A program made the position numbers and the translations under genes. A stretch of 64,000 nt of DNA from NCBI GenBank assembly GCA_973851085.1, contig OZ316775.1:2728001-2792000 (forward strand), read 5' to 3'. The notes beneath the pieces were generated by a model, which saw only the letters and a program-made list of their open reading frames with translations, made no database searches and was not told the origin of the DNA. Positions 51,478-64,000 of this stretch are shown piece by piece (the first letter of the stretch is position 1; each line of letters starts with the position of its first letter). Source of the stretch: Ptychomitrium polyphyllum (Eukaryota).

Positions 51478-53108
51478 TCACTCATACAGACTTCTGAAGT
51501 TGAGTGATGATGCTTTCAGCACATACTTGTAGTACCCAGCAGCAAAAGCAGCTCCAAGCAGGGGTCCAATCCAAAATATCCACTGCACATTAATTTCACA
51601 TCAATATATCAGCAACGTGTAAATTCCCGGTGTAACAAAAGCGACTCTTAATACTTTACATTACCTAGTCCATATCAGAAGATTTTGTAATAACTTAGTA
51701 TCCATGAAGCTCGTCTATGTAAGAACACGCGACTGTGATTGAGTCAATATAAAAGGTTTAATGAGAAGGATAAAAAAGAAAAAAGCTTACATGTTGACCC
51801 CAATTGCCATCGAGAGGGTTGGCAACTGCAGCACCGAAGCTTCGAGCTGGGTTGATACCTGTCCCGGTGATAGGAATGGTTGCCAGGTGAACCACGAAAA
51901 CTGCAAATCCAATGGGCAGTGGAGCCAATACCTGCACAGGTCAATTTCTCTCGATGATGAAAACAATTCTACTTGCTCATCAGTGTACATGCCAGTGCCT
52001 GGTAATTGAATGATTAGGACATCTTAATTACTTGCACGAGTGCCAGACTGCAGAATTTATGGAGACAGGTTTGGCCTGCACACGTCATGCTAGTTGCCAT
52101 GGTGTAATTTCATTTCAATTATTACTAAGTTGTATTTATTCTCCAGAATTAATATATCGGTATCTCTGGAGGCAGTTGTGAGATCTAAGAAAGCAAGGCA
52201 CGATGAATCGTACAGGAACATGAGAATCTCGAGCCTTACGGACTGGATCAGTTGCAGACAGCACAGTATAGAGGAGCACAAAAGTGCCCATTATTTCAGC
52301 AGCAAGAGCTTGTCCAGTGCTGTAACCAGGCTTCACACCGTTCACTGCATCTTGGCCATAGGTGCGAAAGTCTTCGCTTCCTTGAACGCCCCTTGCAATC
52401 GCAGCGCCGATCATGGCTCCTAAGCACTGAGCTACGATGTAGGCTATGGCTCTCGTGATAGTGACCTTCTGTGCAAGGAAGAGACCGAATGTGACAGCTG
52501 GGTTAATGTGTCCACCTGCAACAGAGCACTCATAAACATGGTATTCTCAAACCGAGTCAACTTCAGATTAATAATGACATTATTACCGATTGCATACAAC
52601 CTAGCGTCTGAAAAATAATTTACAGAGCCTAGTCTTGCTAACATGTACCTGAAATGCCTGCAACGCAGTAGACCAAGATGAAGATCATTCCTCCGAATGC
52701 CCAGGCTGTTTCGATAAGCCCAATACTGCCAGCGCCAACCCTGACAGTGCCAACCAGAGCGGTTGAGGCCGATGTAGAGGAACAGAAGAGTTGCCACGAA
52801 TTCTGCAACAACAACCAAAACAAGTGTATCATAGTCAACCATTTTACAATATTGTATACCACAAATTGTTTTGGGTTTGCAGCTCCAAAAAACCATCAAA
52901 AATACTCCACAGATTCTATACGTAAATCCAATATGTGTATCTGAAATAAATAACTAAATCAAACGTTCTAAATTCTCAACCTGCAATAGTGTACTCATAT
53001 GGACTAACCTGCAATAATAGCCCGGTAGAACGACCACTCGTTCACTTCCTTCACGTCCACCAGTGGAGAAGGCTCTTCCTGATCCTTAAGTTCTTCTTCA
53101 CTCCCCAT
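51478..53108 (-). pseudogene. PIP-type aquaporin (PIP3-like), 5 coding exons, +1 frameshift in exon 2 (pseudogene or sequencing error)
   Basis: Exons read [23 protein letters not shown] / TALVG...[85 protein letters not shown] and WIFWIGP. One extra base at 52763-52764 breaks the frame. Confidence 0.85.
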
Positions 53109-55290
53109 CTCTCAGTGCTATGATCTAATGGGAGTTGCAAATTCTATATCCCACTGCTTGAAAACTTCCTCTTTGAACTTAATCCTGCACTGAGATCGTT
53201 CATGTTAAAACCCGCAGGTGCAGAATTTCAAACACTAGAAACAGGCTAACCGACCCAGCATGCTGAAATTCTGCGGAACCAATGTTTCTGCTCACTAGAC
53301 AGAAATTGCACCATTATGAAGGATGTGAGGTAAGTGGGTTAACTAGCACACTTTCATCGACCTTGGAAGTGTTGCACATTCAACAAATTTTGTGTATATG
53401 TGGCACCCACGCGAATTCAGAAAGAAGAGTATGTATCACTTACGATTGCAGGTCGTATCTCAACGTACTTCTGTTATCTGGATCTAGGGTTGAAGCAAAT
53501 CCAGAAACCTGTAATTAAATGTGAAATTCGGGTTGCACTGAAAAACAGCTCAATCTTCAATCAGCTTCTTGATCCTTCTAAGTAAGGTTAAGCAGCCCTT
53601 TGAAAGCATTAGCACGGGCTGGCGTGCAAAACTACAGCAGCTTACTTTCCAACTGAACTAGAGTCCGATTGCACGTGCACAATCAGATATTGCCTCGCCA
53701 TGGTGCAACCCGCACAGCCTCTATGGTTCCAAAAACAACGGATCAGAGAGGGAAGCTATAATGATCTTCCGAACAGAGACCTCTCCGTCCCCTCACTAGT
53801 GTTTCAAGGCACGTCTGTGTAGCTGTATGGACAAGCTTGGGCTGGGAAGACTTTATGAGTTGCTGACACTTGCCTAATTTGGTAATGGTCTTCCATAACT
53901 GAATGTTCTGAGCATTGATTGAATTATGATAAGCCCATGCGGTTTAGCTAGAAATGAAAAACCAATCTTAAAACTTTGAAAGGGAAACAAGTATGGAATT
54001 TTTGTTCATTTTAAACTCCAGATTATGAGTTCCTGGTATTGTGAGTCAAAGTTTCAGATTCTTTTAAGAAGCTGGTAAAGTGACAATTTCTGCTCCTAGA
54101 TTGGTCCTTGGCTACTTCTGAGGACCTTATAAATCTGAAAAGTGTTGTCTAGACTTGCTATATGAATTGCAAAGTCAATTTCACTTTGGTTACAGACAAT
54201 GAAGGCTAACCTTGCAAGCTCATTTTCTACTTTCCATGAAACCTCTTCAGCGAGTCACAGTTTAATGGATGTGTATCTGAACACCTTACATTTGAAAATG
54301 TAACGAGCACCACCTTTTCTGCGGCTATGGTAACAGATGGAAGCAGCTCAAATTGCGGTTTTGGCAGATCTTGCACAGTGATGCGACTCTTTAGCCCCTG
54401 GAGGTATCTGCATGTAGAGTCAGCCAAATGACACAGCCTGTAATGTTAGTTGAATTTTAGTGGAATTCATGGTGTAGCTTCTTTGAAACAGAATTCCTGT
54501 TGGGATTGAAGGTTTTGCTGTAACTTTGCATTGGGCAAAATATTATACGTTATTGGTTAAGAGCAGGAGGCCATGAATAATCGGGAGCTGAAGGTTTTCA
54601 CCAGGTGCAAGGATGAGAATTTTGACGTTTGCATTCTGGATTCGTGCGATGACGAGTGACTGAAGTAGTTGGGAGAAACACGTGTGTAATTGTTTGTAAT
54701 CTTGAGGTTTATGCGGAGTTACGATCAGTTGATATCGGAACTTTCGATGTGTAATGCAATGCAAAACTGTAAACTTTGGATGTTTCCATGATGCTCCGAG
54801 AACAATGGATGTATAAGCTGAACTGGGATCAACTCAACAGATGTAAGAGGGGTTGTAGGAAGGACGTTGCAGACACGAATGATTTGTAGAAAACAGAGTA
54901 AGTAGTTATAACTGTCATGTGTGTATGGGAGAGAAGATCAGTGTCGATGACTGTCTACTCCTTTTTCCCAGTGCTGTTTCGAGGATTCTGCAGGACCGTG
55001 AGAGTGGGGGCCGCCGTTGGGATTGAGAAGGGCATCGTGGATGTTGGAAAGACGCCATGGACGTTTAAGAAGTACTCCATGTGATTGTCACCCCTGCCAG
55101 CAGCTTGCTCGGCTCAGTGTCGTTTCTCACCGCCAACTGAATGTGGCATGAGGTATGATTTGTATCTTTTTGTTGTCTCGAAGATGCGTTTCCTGCAAGC
55201 TCTACCATTGCCTGTGAAACATGAAAGTAAAGTCTGACCTCAGCAAATGTTACTTAAACAAAATGTTAGGTTACATTACTTATTGGAGTT

Positions 55291-55330
55291 TTTGTGCTCT
55301 ACAGTTGGGGCTGGGGCTGTAGAGCACAAA
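55291..55330. repeat. Perfect 14-bp inverted repeat (hairpin) at the edge of an AT-rich island
   Basis: TTTGTGCTCTACAG, a 12-nt loop TTGGGGCTGGGG, then CTGTAGAGCACAAA. Confidence 0.9.
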
Positions 55331-57100
55331 TTCTTATAAGGCAATTGTTGGATTAATGGAGGTTTATGTAAGGTATGATGTGTTTTATTACAACCTGAGT
55401 CTCTAACTGTTGATTTTGATTGTTCATAAATAGTACATCAAAGTTGGACTTTGGATGGAATAAACTTGTAGAATGTTTATAATTCATGTATGTTCATTCA
55501 ATTCAAGCAAGTCCATCCAACTCATATGTATTGTCTATTATATTGAGAAAACTTAGTCATAATGTTTGTCACAATATCCCGTTGATGTCTATTACAAATA
55601 CCTAGGTTATGTCAAAATCCTAAAATCTAAATTTGTAATGTGCTTTCATTAGTAGTTGTTGGTTTTATAATACTTCTCACAAAATCCCTCACAATAGTAG
55701 TCATCCATTATCTTCCATTGCATAGCAATGAACTTCATGTAATGGTGGAAAAGAAGGTGGTATATCTTTTAGAAAGCAAGAACCAAAAGGTGGAAACACA
55801 AGTGGAGAACATTTTGTGCGTATGGAAAGTAGAAGCAACAAAGTACTCCATTGTCTTTGGAATTGCTACAAAGTCAATTGTATATTTGGGCATAGACAAA
55901 TTTAATGAATGATTTGGATTTGGAGGTGGTATGAATGAAGAAATTAATTTATCTAATAGATCTCTTATGACTATTGTATTATGATGGATTAGATGCAAAT
56001 TTTGTATGTGGTGCAAATCAAACATGTATTAGCTATGGCAGTGCACACTTTCTCTAATAAGAATGGATTCATGTGGGTTACACTTTTATTATCACTCTTA
56101 GTAACAATTAGATTACAAATGATAATATTGTTTAGAATAAAAAAGCAAAGAAATTGCAAGTATACATTTCACTTGCTTCCTTATTAAAAAGAGGTTGCCG
56201 CAACAAAGAAGGATATGGAAGAAAAAGCAAAGGCCACAAGAAAATGGAAATCAAAAGATAGAAGAGTTTACACTACGTTATGAGCAAGTTTACAACATAT
56301 GTTTTTAAATATTAAAAGACAAAGAGCCAAAGGGTTGCCATTGTGTTATACTATTCAATGTTTAGTTTTGATATTTATATGTTTCTTTGTAGATAGATGC
56401 CACTAGCCAATTTCAATGGTTTTACAGTTTTATCCTAGAAATATTATACACATCTTCTAAATTATTATTTTTCCTTGAATACATTTGCCTTTTGTGTAGA
56501 TCACAACATGCTTCAATTGCAACAAATTGGTAAGTCGAAATAGAGTGAGCTTGAGTAGATTTTGATGCACCATCAAGTTTATTGATCAAATATAGTCGCT
56601 ATTGTTTTGGATTTGATGCAATATTATCAATGATAGAAGAACTTTGGCTTGTTTGCATTCTACAATTTTTTATGAAGTACTTATGATTTTGATCATCATA
56701 GCCTTCTCATAAGGGAGTTAAGAAATGGTCTCTAGATGCAAAGTGTCATAGGATATGGTCAGAATAGGACAACGTTGTCAAAGTGGTCTTCACATCGAGT
56801 TGTTTTTTTTTAATGGCTTGGCTAAGGTAGCAAGCACACCTTGCACAATAGCAATAATGGCAATGTATCATTTTTCAAGCTCTTTGATCCAAAGTGTTAT
56901 TTATTTTTGAGAGCACAAATTGCAATATTTAGATCTTCCCCTAGAATTAAAATCATTTCAATTTTACATCTATTATGTTCTTATCCATATTTCTCAAATA
57001 TTATCTATATTTCTTACATACCTATGCATGTGCATGAGTGTTTAGTTGAAAGTTTGTCATTTGGTAGCCTGTTAACTATAAAGTTTGACATTTGGTGACC
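55330..57100. mobile_element. AT-rich decayed island, possibly a DNA transposon remnant
   Basis: Low GC and CpG-depleted. ENILCVWKVEATKYSIVFGIA...YLGI (about 55805-55895) weakly recalls a hAT C-terminal dimerisation segment. Confidence 0.35.
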
Positions 57101-59521
57101 TGCAGACTGAGAGAGAGCAGACTGAGAGAAAAAGGTTAGACTGTAGAGTTAAATAACGTCACCCGAAAAACCTTTTTCAAGATTTTTCAAATTCCGGGTA
57201 TCAATATGAATGTCAACCACAATGGCACCGCTACTGTACTGGAAGGACTGCACGAGCAGCTGGCCAAGGCTGGCCAAACCTGATGCCTTGTAGCCCGGCT
57301 TAAAATTTCTCTTCTCAGCCTGTTCTTTATGAGACGAGGGGCGTCAGTTGACTGGATAAAAGAGAACTTGGGAAATCCTTCACAGCCAATGGCCTTTGCC
57401 GCAATCAAGTCATATCTAAACTGTACTGCTCTCTCTTTTACTAATGTTTCTTTTATTCGCAGCTCTAGGCTTAGACGGATCTCCTTCCCTTTGCTGTGTC
57501 CCATTCTGACAAGGACATCTGCGTTAGGACTCGCTGAGAATAGCGTCACCTCTGATCGATACTGCACCATTTGTCGTTCCAGTGGCATTAAAGTTGCTGT
57601 TCGACATTTGAGATCGCTCGACTGATCACTCATGATCCCATGGGATCGAAAACTTGGCCAGACAGTGCGTTGATAGTGCTTGAAAATGTGTGCCTGTTTC
57701 TTGTGGAGGACAAATCAAGCCAGAGATTTTTTGTCAATGTTGAGATAGATGTAATGTTAGAGGCTAACATCCACTTCATGGTACGTAGAGCGAGTGGACA
57801 GTGGTACAGCTTGGGTAAACAGAAGTTGGATGTAGCGGCCAGGCCGGTTGTGTAGTCGTGAGTTGGCAATGGCGATGTTGGATACCGGCCAAGAGGAATG
57901 TTGCAGCTGCAATGATATTTCCTTCTGATTAGGAGCTGCGAGTCGTGTCTAAACTCCGCAGCTTCGATTTACAGACATGATTGGAATGTGATGTTGAGGT
58001 AAGTATGCTCAACCGCTGGGAAGTTGGCTGGAATGGAACTACTGGAGGAATTAGTACCGGGCGGTGTGTAGAGTGTGTTGACTGATGGTCCAGTCATAAT
58101 GACTCATCTTGTGGAGGGGAAGTTCAAGATTGGGGTTTCGTTAGTATGTATGTTGAAGCTGAAATGAACTTCCTTGGCTCCACACGCTCGATTGAGCCTT
58201 GAGCTCTTTCGACCTTCTCTGAAACAAACATTTGTAGAATCTTCAATTGTACAGCTGCCTCATTTGAAGAGGTCTTTTCCAGCATGATTCGAGCTTCCGT
58301 TCATTTTGCACTTGCACTTGAAGGGAGTCGCTTGTTAATAAACACGGGAGCAGAGTTCTAGGAGGGCCATCTTTCCACGGTTGTTTGAATTGGGATTAGT
58401 GCTCACTATTAAGAACCTGGCCGAGTCATGCGCTGATTACTGTAGCATGTCACTCGCTGACACATTACTGACAAGTTACAAATGACCGTTCGTAACTTCC
58501 ATTTGATTCTACTCTCTGCACCGTTTGTCAAAATGTCTTGGTTTGTAGACATGAGAAAACATGATTTTGATGAACTCCGAAGTCTGTTGTGTAGGTTTTT
58601 TTGAGCATGCTAAGATGGGAGAGGTGTTTGATTCAAGACACATTTGAACGAAGCATTGGCAGCTCTTGTGAGTGCCTTATCCTGTAAGTCACTACCTTTC
58701 CTCACACTTTCTATTGCGAAACAGGGTGACGCTGGAATTATAAGGACCTTGCTTAAACGGTGTGCGCTCATACGAGGTTGAGGTGGTATATATTCTAGAA
58801 TTCAAAAATCTCTGTAAGTGATTAACATCTCACTTAAACATCCAAAAGTGAACTTACTTTGTTTAGGAACGGAAATGACGCAACATAAACAGAAAAGAAA
58901 TGCGCAGTATACCAGATGTCAAGATGTAGCAATGGAAAAATTGTTCTTGTTACGAATTGGGGAAGTTCGAAACGGGGGTTACAAATTTTCCTTGTTGTAA
59001 ATTGGTCCAATTACACTAAAATCCATAATCAATTGTTCTAGAAAAGTAATGTTTCTAATTTGTACACATAGCAAAGCCTTAACAAATGTACTATTCTTGA
59101 ATTTTGCAATAGGAATCAGCTTGATAGATCACTTGTTAACAAGTAGACGTTGTTAGTCAGGTGATATTGAACTGAGAGCACCTCTTACCGATTCATCCTG
59201 TATCATTGTCCACCAAATCGTCTTGTAGAGTCGCGTATGTAAGTGTAGTAGGTAGTAGAAAATCATCCATACAATGAGTTTATGTACAACTTCTTCGTGG
59301 AGATTCGTGTACCAGAGCCATAGGTCGGAAATGAAATGAACTGGTAATTGCTGCTCGATTCGAAATCTTGCTCCTATACAAATTCGCCACCTTCGTTGGT
59401 AAGAATCGACAAATCATAAGGCAATGTCCTTTGAGGATGTTAACCTTGTGCAGAATATTTTCACGTCATTGTGGTCTGCGCTGTCCGCAAAATAATAGTG
59501 AAAATAGACCAATTTTCTGAG

Positions 59522-61976
59522 TTATGTCGAACGCCGTTGTTCCCTTTTCATTTCTAGTAATTCGAAAGTCTTTGGTACTGGAATCAAGGTGCCATGTCGG
59601 GAGCAGCATTCACAAGGCCCTTCGCAGGTTTTTCCAGGCCACAGTTGCTTGGGCCACTTTTTCTCGATCTCTTCCAGTGCATGATGTATTGCTTCCTTTG
59701 CCTCATCTGCGCCCTGAGATTTTATTCCATTATTACATTAGCGCTCTAAGAATTTGTAAACAATTGTGCTAAAGTTTTGAACATCAAAACACAAGCTGCA
59801 GGGAAGCAGTGGAGAACAGAGAATTCAAGTGTTACCTTGGCAGCTTCGACAAGAGGACCCCAACATTCCAGGCGGTTGTATTCGCTGACGTTAGAATGGA
59901 AGTATACCCACACCAGGGAGTTATCAAGATCTACAACAATGCACCAACAATATACGAGATTCAGGTCTTCTCTATCCATCCTCACAGTTTCTTTAGCAAT
60001 ACTGTATAAAAGAAAACAATTCTCTGCATGGAATTTGATTTACCTGGGAAAGCCTTTAGTAGTTCATCATCACCATGTCTGAATGCTTCCAACACCTGTA
60101 AATCACACGTGAATGCCGCTAAGCACAAGGGGAAGACACCTCGCAATGATTTCAGGTGGACAAGAAACATATTGTCGAAGATCACAATAATGCAGCAAGC
60201 AGGCTGTTGTGCATTAAACGTGTTACTTATAAGTACAAAATACTAACCACCGGTAATTCCTTGCGGAAGATGTAGAAGCGTAGATTCGCGATCATGTTGT
60301 GCAACACGTTATTACCACCACTGATGTGGCAGTGCACGTGAAGAGTCATTTTCCCTTGGACTTTCCTCCATTCTGCCACAACTTCGTCTCTCTGCAACTT
60401 GCTGTACCATCCTTTCAACTGTACCAACACATCCATTCTTAGCATAGTAACTTGAGACTATATTTGACAACGTCCTTAGTCATGCTCCCTCAAAATACAG
60501 AATTAGGATTCGAAATTCGATAATCTCAACCCAATTAACTCAGATGTTTGAAACCTGGAATAGTTCTAACTTTATTGAGCGATGCTATGGCTCTGATGAA
60601 CCCTATCAATGTGTTTTGACAACACCAACCATATGAACGAGTTATTGCAGGATAATGGTATTATGAAAAAAAGGAACAAGATGGTACCTGTGCTTTGTTG
60701 ATCTCACGTGAAATGGCCAGGGTTATCTTCGATGTAACATCGCTGTGTGTTAACGTGTAAATTCTTGGTAACTCTTCAGGATGTTTCTTGCCAGCTCCAA
60801 GGAAAAGTACTTTTAATTTTGCAGCCTCGAATATCGCAGGACCAAACAGCCTTGCTTTCTGTTCGAAAACAGAAAATGTATGACTCAGGATGGTTACATA
60901 AGTTCCCAGACATATAGAAGTGCGCAACTAGTAATGACCTCAACTGTTCTAATGTTTAAGTAAATGCATAGGCCATAACCACTTCATGATTGAGGAATAT
61001 TCCTTATCAAGCAACAAACCGTCGGACAGAAAAGTAATAATGCGATTCTGTTGTACTTTCGATAAGTTCGTTACATTTGACAACTGGTCGTATTGTTTGC
61101 TTTTGCGGTAAAGTTAGACCTGTTTCATTATATCTCTTCTTAGAGATCTGTGACCCTCTCGAAACAAAGTAGAGGCAGTCATTCGGCAGATGCACGGCAG
61201 CAAGCTGCTAAACCAGTCCTTCGACGGGCAATGCAAATATAGCTTAGATCTCACAGCGTGACGTGGGAGAAATTTTATACGCATCGTTTGGGTACCATGT
61301 ACTTAAAGGTACGGCAGGTCGCGGAAGAAAGAATAAAATCCAAGCCCCGTCCGAAATAAATGTCTGGCATGTCAGAAGATATACATAGCACCTTTGAAAG
61401 TTAAACTAACAAACAACCAATACGCTTTTCATGTCAAGATAAATGCTCTTCCTTCGCAAGCACTAAGCATCATATTTAGTTTGTCAACTTCGGATAGCCT
61501 CAACTGTTCGCTTCGCCTTTAAAAGTCTTAGGAACACAGTCGCCGTGGAAACGCAGGTTCAGACAGATGTCTTGTAACATGTTCTTGCATGATCAGTACT
61601 AGAAGTACCACTAAACTCACCTTCACAATCTTCGTAAACACAAAGAACATCCGACCATCTGCGAATAGATGTGAGACCTCACCACAATATGAAGCGATCC
61701 AGGCCGGCGCACTGTGTCTAATGTGTTCGCCCTCTCCAAGAGACCTCGTCTGCTATCCGTGCTCCACAACTGAGAGACCAACTGCCCACTTCCTTGTGTC
61801 TTGAGGGAGGCGCTGCTACACATGGACGCCACTTCAACCTTCAGGTGAGAAGCTGAAGACACCATAGCCGTGGATGGATGCAGAGAGAAAGAAGTGCTCA
61901 CATCCTTCAGTCCTATGATACTTTGGCTGGTAAGTACTGCTGAGATAGGTGGCTGGACCAAACTGCAAGAAGCCAT
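59522..61976 (-). CDS. SGR: STAY-GREEN magnesium dechelatase (SGR/NYE1); 6 coding exons
   Basis: A Ser-rich transit-peptide-like N-terminus starts at ATG 61976. It continues with ARLFGPAIFEAAKLKVLFLG, LPRIYTLTHSDVTSKITLAIS, QRDEVVAEW, LHVHCHISGG, RFYIFRKELPVVLEAFRHGD, VWVYFHSN and ECWGPL, and has the Cys-rich C-terminal motif CEGPCECC. The stop is at 59522-59524. Confidence 0.96.
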
Positions 61977-64000
61977 AGCTCCGAAGAAAAAGTAAACTTT
62001 GAACAAACCAAAAGAAGCAAGTTCCTCAGCTGCAGGTCTCGACAATCTCCAATTGCGTCAGAAATTCTGCACGTCCACGATCCTATGATGAGACTCCAGC
62101 TATGGCAACAACAGTATGACTGTTTCAAATCCCGTAAAAACTAAAAAGAAATACTCCTTCACCGATCGACCAAAATTTCTGAACGAAAAAAACCTTCGCA
62201 CACAGGTCCACACCCGAGACTGTCAGGCCGAACTACCAGATATCAAAGAGCCTCAAACACCCACTTAAACTCAACCGAAATCCGCAACACGACCAGTTAA
62301 ACTCAAGATTTCCCAGTACAGCTTAAAACATTCTGAACCTCAACTATTCCCCGCAACGATCAGCGCTTCAAGATCCCGCCACTGTGGATCAATCCCTTCT
62401 CGAAAACGGCAAGCAATTTAAGAACACTCAAGCAACTTCCGCTTCCTTTTCCGGCTCCGACCGATCCTTCACTTCACGTACCTTTCTAAGAACTTCTCTC
62501 CTGTACTTTTCCTTCCAAGCTCCAGTAAAACCGATATCGATTGCCAATAACTCACTCTGGAGTGCAAAGAAAGCCGGCTCTAGCAGGACAAGTACGCAAG
62601 AAGCAATCCGATAGCGATGAAATGGCGAGAAAAGCCTGAGAGAGGAAACGTGAAGTGGGCGCAGGCAAGAATGCGGCGGTGGATCTAATGCACGCGATGT
62701 AGGGGTCCGGAGCTACACACGTAATGTGAAGTGCGCGAGAGGAAAGGTACTGCGCGCGTGGCAGGGGGCGGGTGGCAGGCCGTCGCCCCGGCCCACTCCT
62801 TCGGCGCCTCAGAGCTTATGCACTCTGCCACGCCGCGGTGGGCCTCCTCCCGGCAGTTATGGTAGTTGCGTCTTCGCATACGAGTTCAATTTTTCTCTCT
62901 CACAGCATTCCTAGTTATATATTTTTAATCACTCCATCGTGAAACATCGTAATAATGAACCATCTACGATGCAGCAAACTAGAGTTGACCAAAACTTCTA
63001 CAAGCACTATGAGTTTACTAGTCTCCTTCTTTTTCGTTTACAGACAGCTGCCCTGGAAGAAGCTTGCAGTAGATCCTTCCGCTGGGAATATTACTGTAAC
63101 ACTAGTAAACACGGTGAGTAACTGCAACTTGTTGAGTTACTGTGAGGTCAGGGAGCTCCACCACGAGTTCTTTCGGCATCACTGCTTTACGAATAGTCAC
63201 ACAAAGTCGGGGCATTAGTAGTGAACTGTATCGTGATGTGCGGAGAAATCACAGCTACAACAGCCTCTAGAGCTATATACAGTGCACGGATGTGCTAGAC
63301 TTCAAGATTCATGGTACCTGGAATGCTGGAAAAGTCCAGCGAAGATACTCACCGAAGTCTAGGAACGACCTAAAGCGCACCCGGCACCGGTCGGAGGCTG
63401 CTTTAACTGTGGAGACTTGTACTTCAAGTGCAGAGGCTTGTGGTTGTACCCAAAAGTATAACTCTACACCTAAAGGACCATTCTACATCCAAATAATATA
63501 ATTACACCTGAGGAAAAATTTTACACCCTCCCTCCTGGTGTGGATTCCTGATCACATCAGACAAAGGTACAGAATATCGCCACGTCAGTTTCGTATTCTA
63601 TGACACGTTTCGGTTGCCTACCAGGTAATTATAGGCTTTCCAGTTCCGGACTAGTGCATAGTGCACAGCCATAGGAATTCTTGAAGGAGCTTGAGGATTT
63701 CACCAAGTTGTGCTTGGAATTTTGATACCCTAAGTCGGACTTGACCAGCCAAGTCCAAATGAGTCATTTTGAGCACAAAAATATTCTGAGGATTCACTTT
63801 TCATAAAGATCAGCTCAGAGTCCCCAATAGTGTAGTGTAGACTCCACGATCCGTTTTAGGGCCGTCTTACATTTTCATCATCCATCATTTTTGCTATATT
63901 TTGAGAATTTTGGGAACATGGTTGGTTGAAATTTTTGAGTTCTTTTGTGAGGATTTGCACCTCCAATTGATCATGGAAGAAAGAATTTGAAGGTGGATGC

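Noticed and set aside
59522..59713. Suspected frameshift in the last SGR exon
   Set aside because: Careful re-reading shows the exon is in frame through CEGPCECC to the stop.
18612..61976. Idea that the genes form a functional biosynthetic cluster
   Set aside because: Their functions (sporopollenin, replication, signalling, water transport, chlorophyll breakdown) are unrelated, and no partner PKS, TKPR or CYP703 gene lies near ACOS5.

Overview
This is eukaryotic nuclear DNA from a land plant, most likely a moss. That is inferred from the protein sequences, a PIP3-like aquaporin and a bryophyte-type mitochondrial fragment; the species cannot be assigned from the sequence. Nine recognisable protein-coding loci were reconstructed by hand from splice signals: RELCH/KIAA1468-like LisH+HEAT protein, PIGG/GPI7, ACOS5-like acyl-CoA synthetase, BCS1-like AAA-ATPase, an intronless CDPK, POLD2, a Nocturnin-like EEP phosphatase, a frameshifted PIP3-like aquaporin and STAY-GREEN. 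There are two tRNA genes, two minisatellites, a candidate solo LTR, AT-rich decayed islands and a 100-N gap. The most notable region is 36.5-38.3 kb, where a mitochondrial ccmFN fragment (NUMT), a decayed intronless MYND-finger gene resembling an ascomycete family (candidate fungus-to-plant transfer) and a tRNA-Leu gene lie side by side. Other highlights are an AT-AC U12 intron, a tRNA-Asp nested in an ACOS5 intron, and a minisatellite whose units carry TATA, TCP-like and CCAAT motifs just upstream of the Nocturnin-like gene. All family assignments come from recalled motifs, not database searches.
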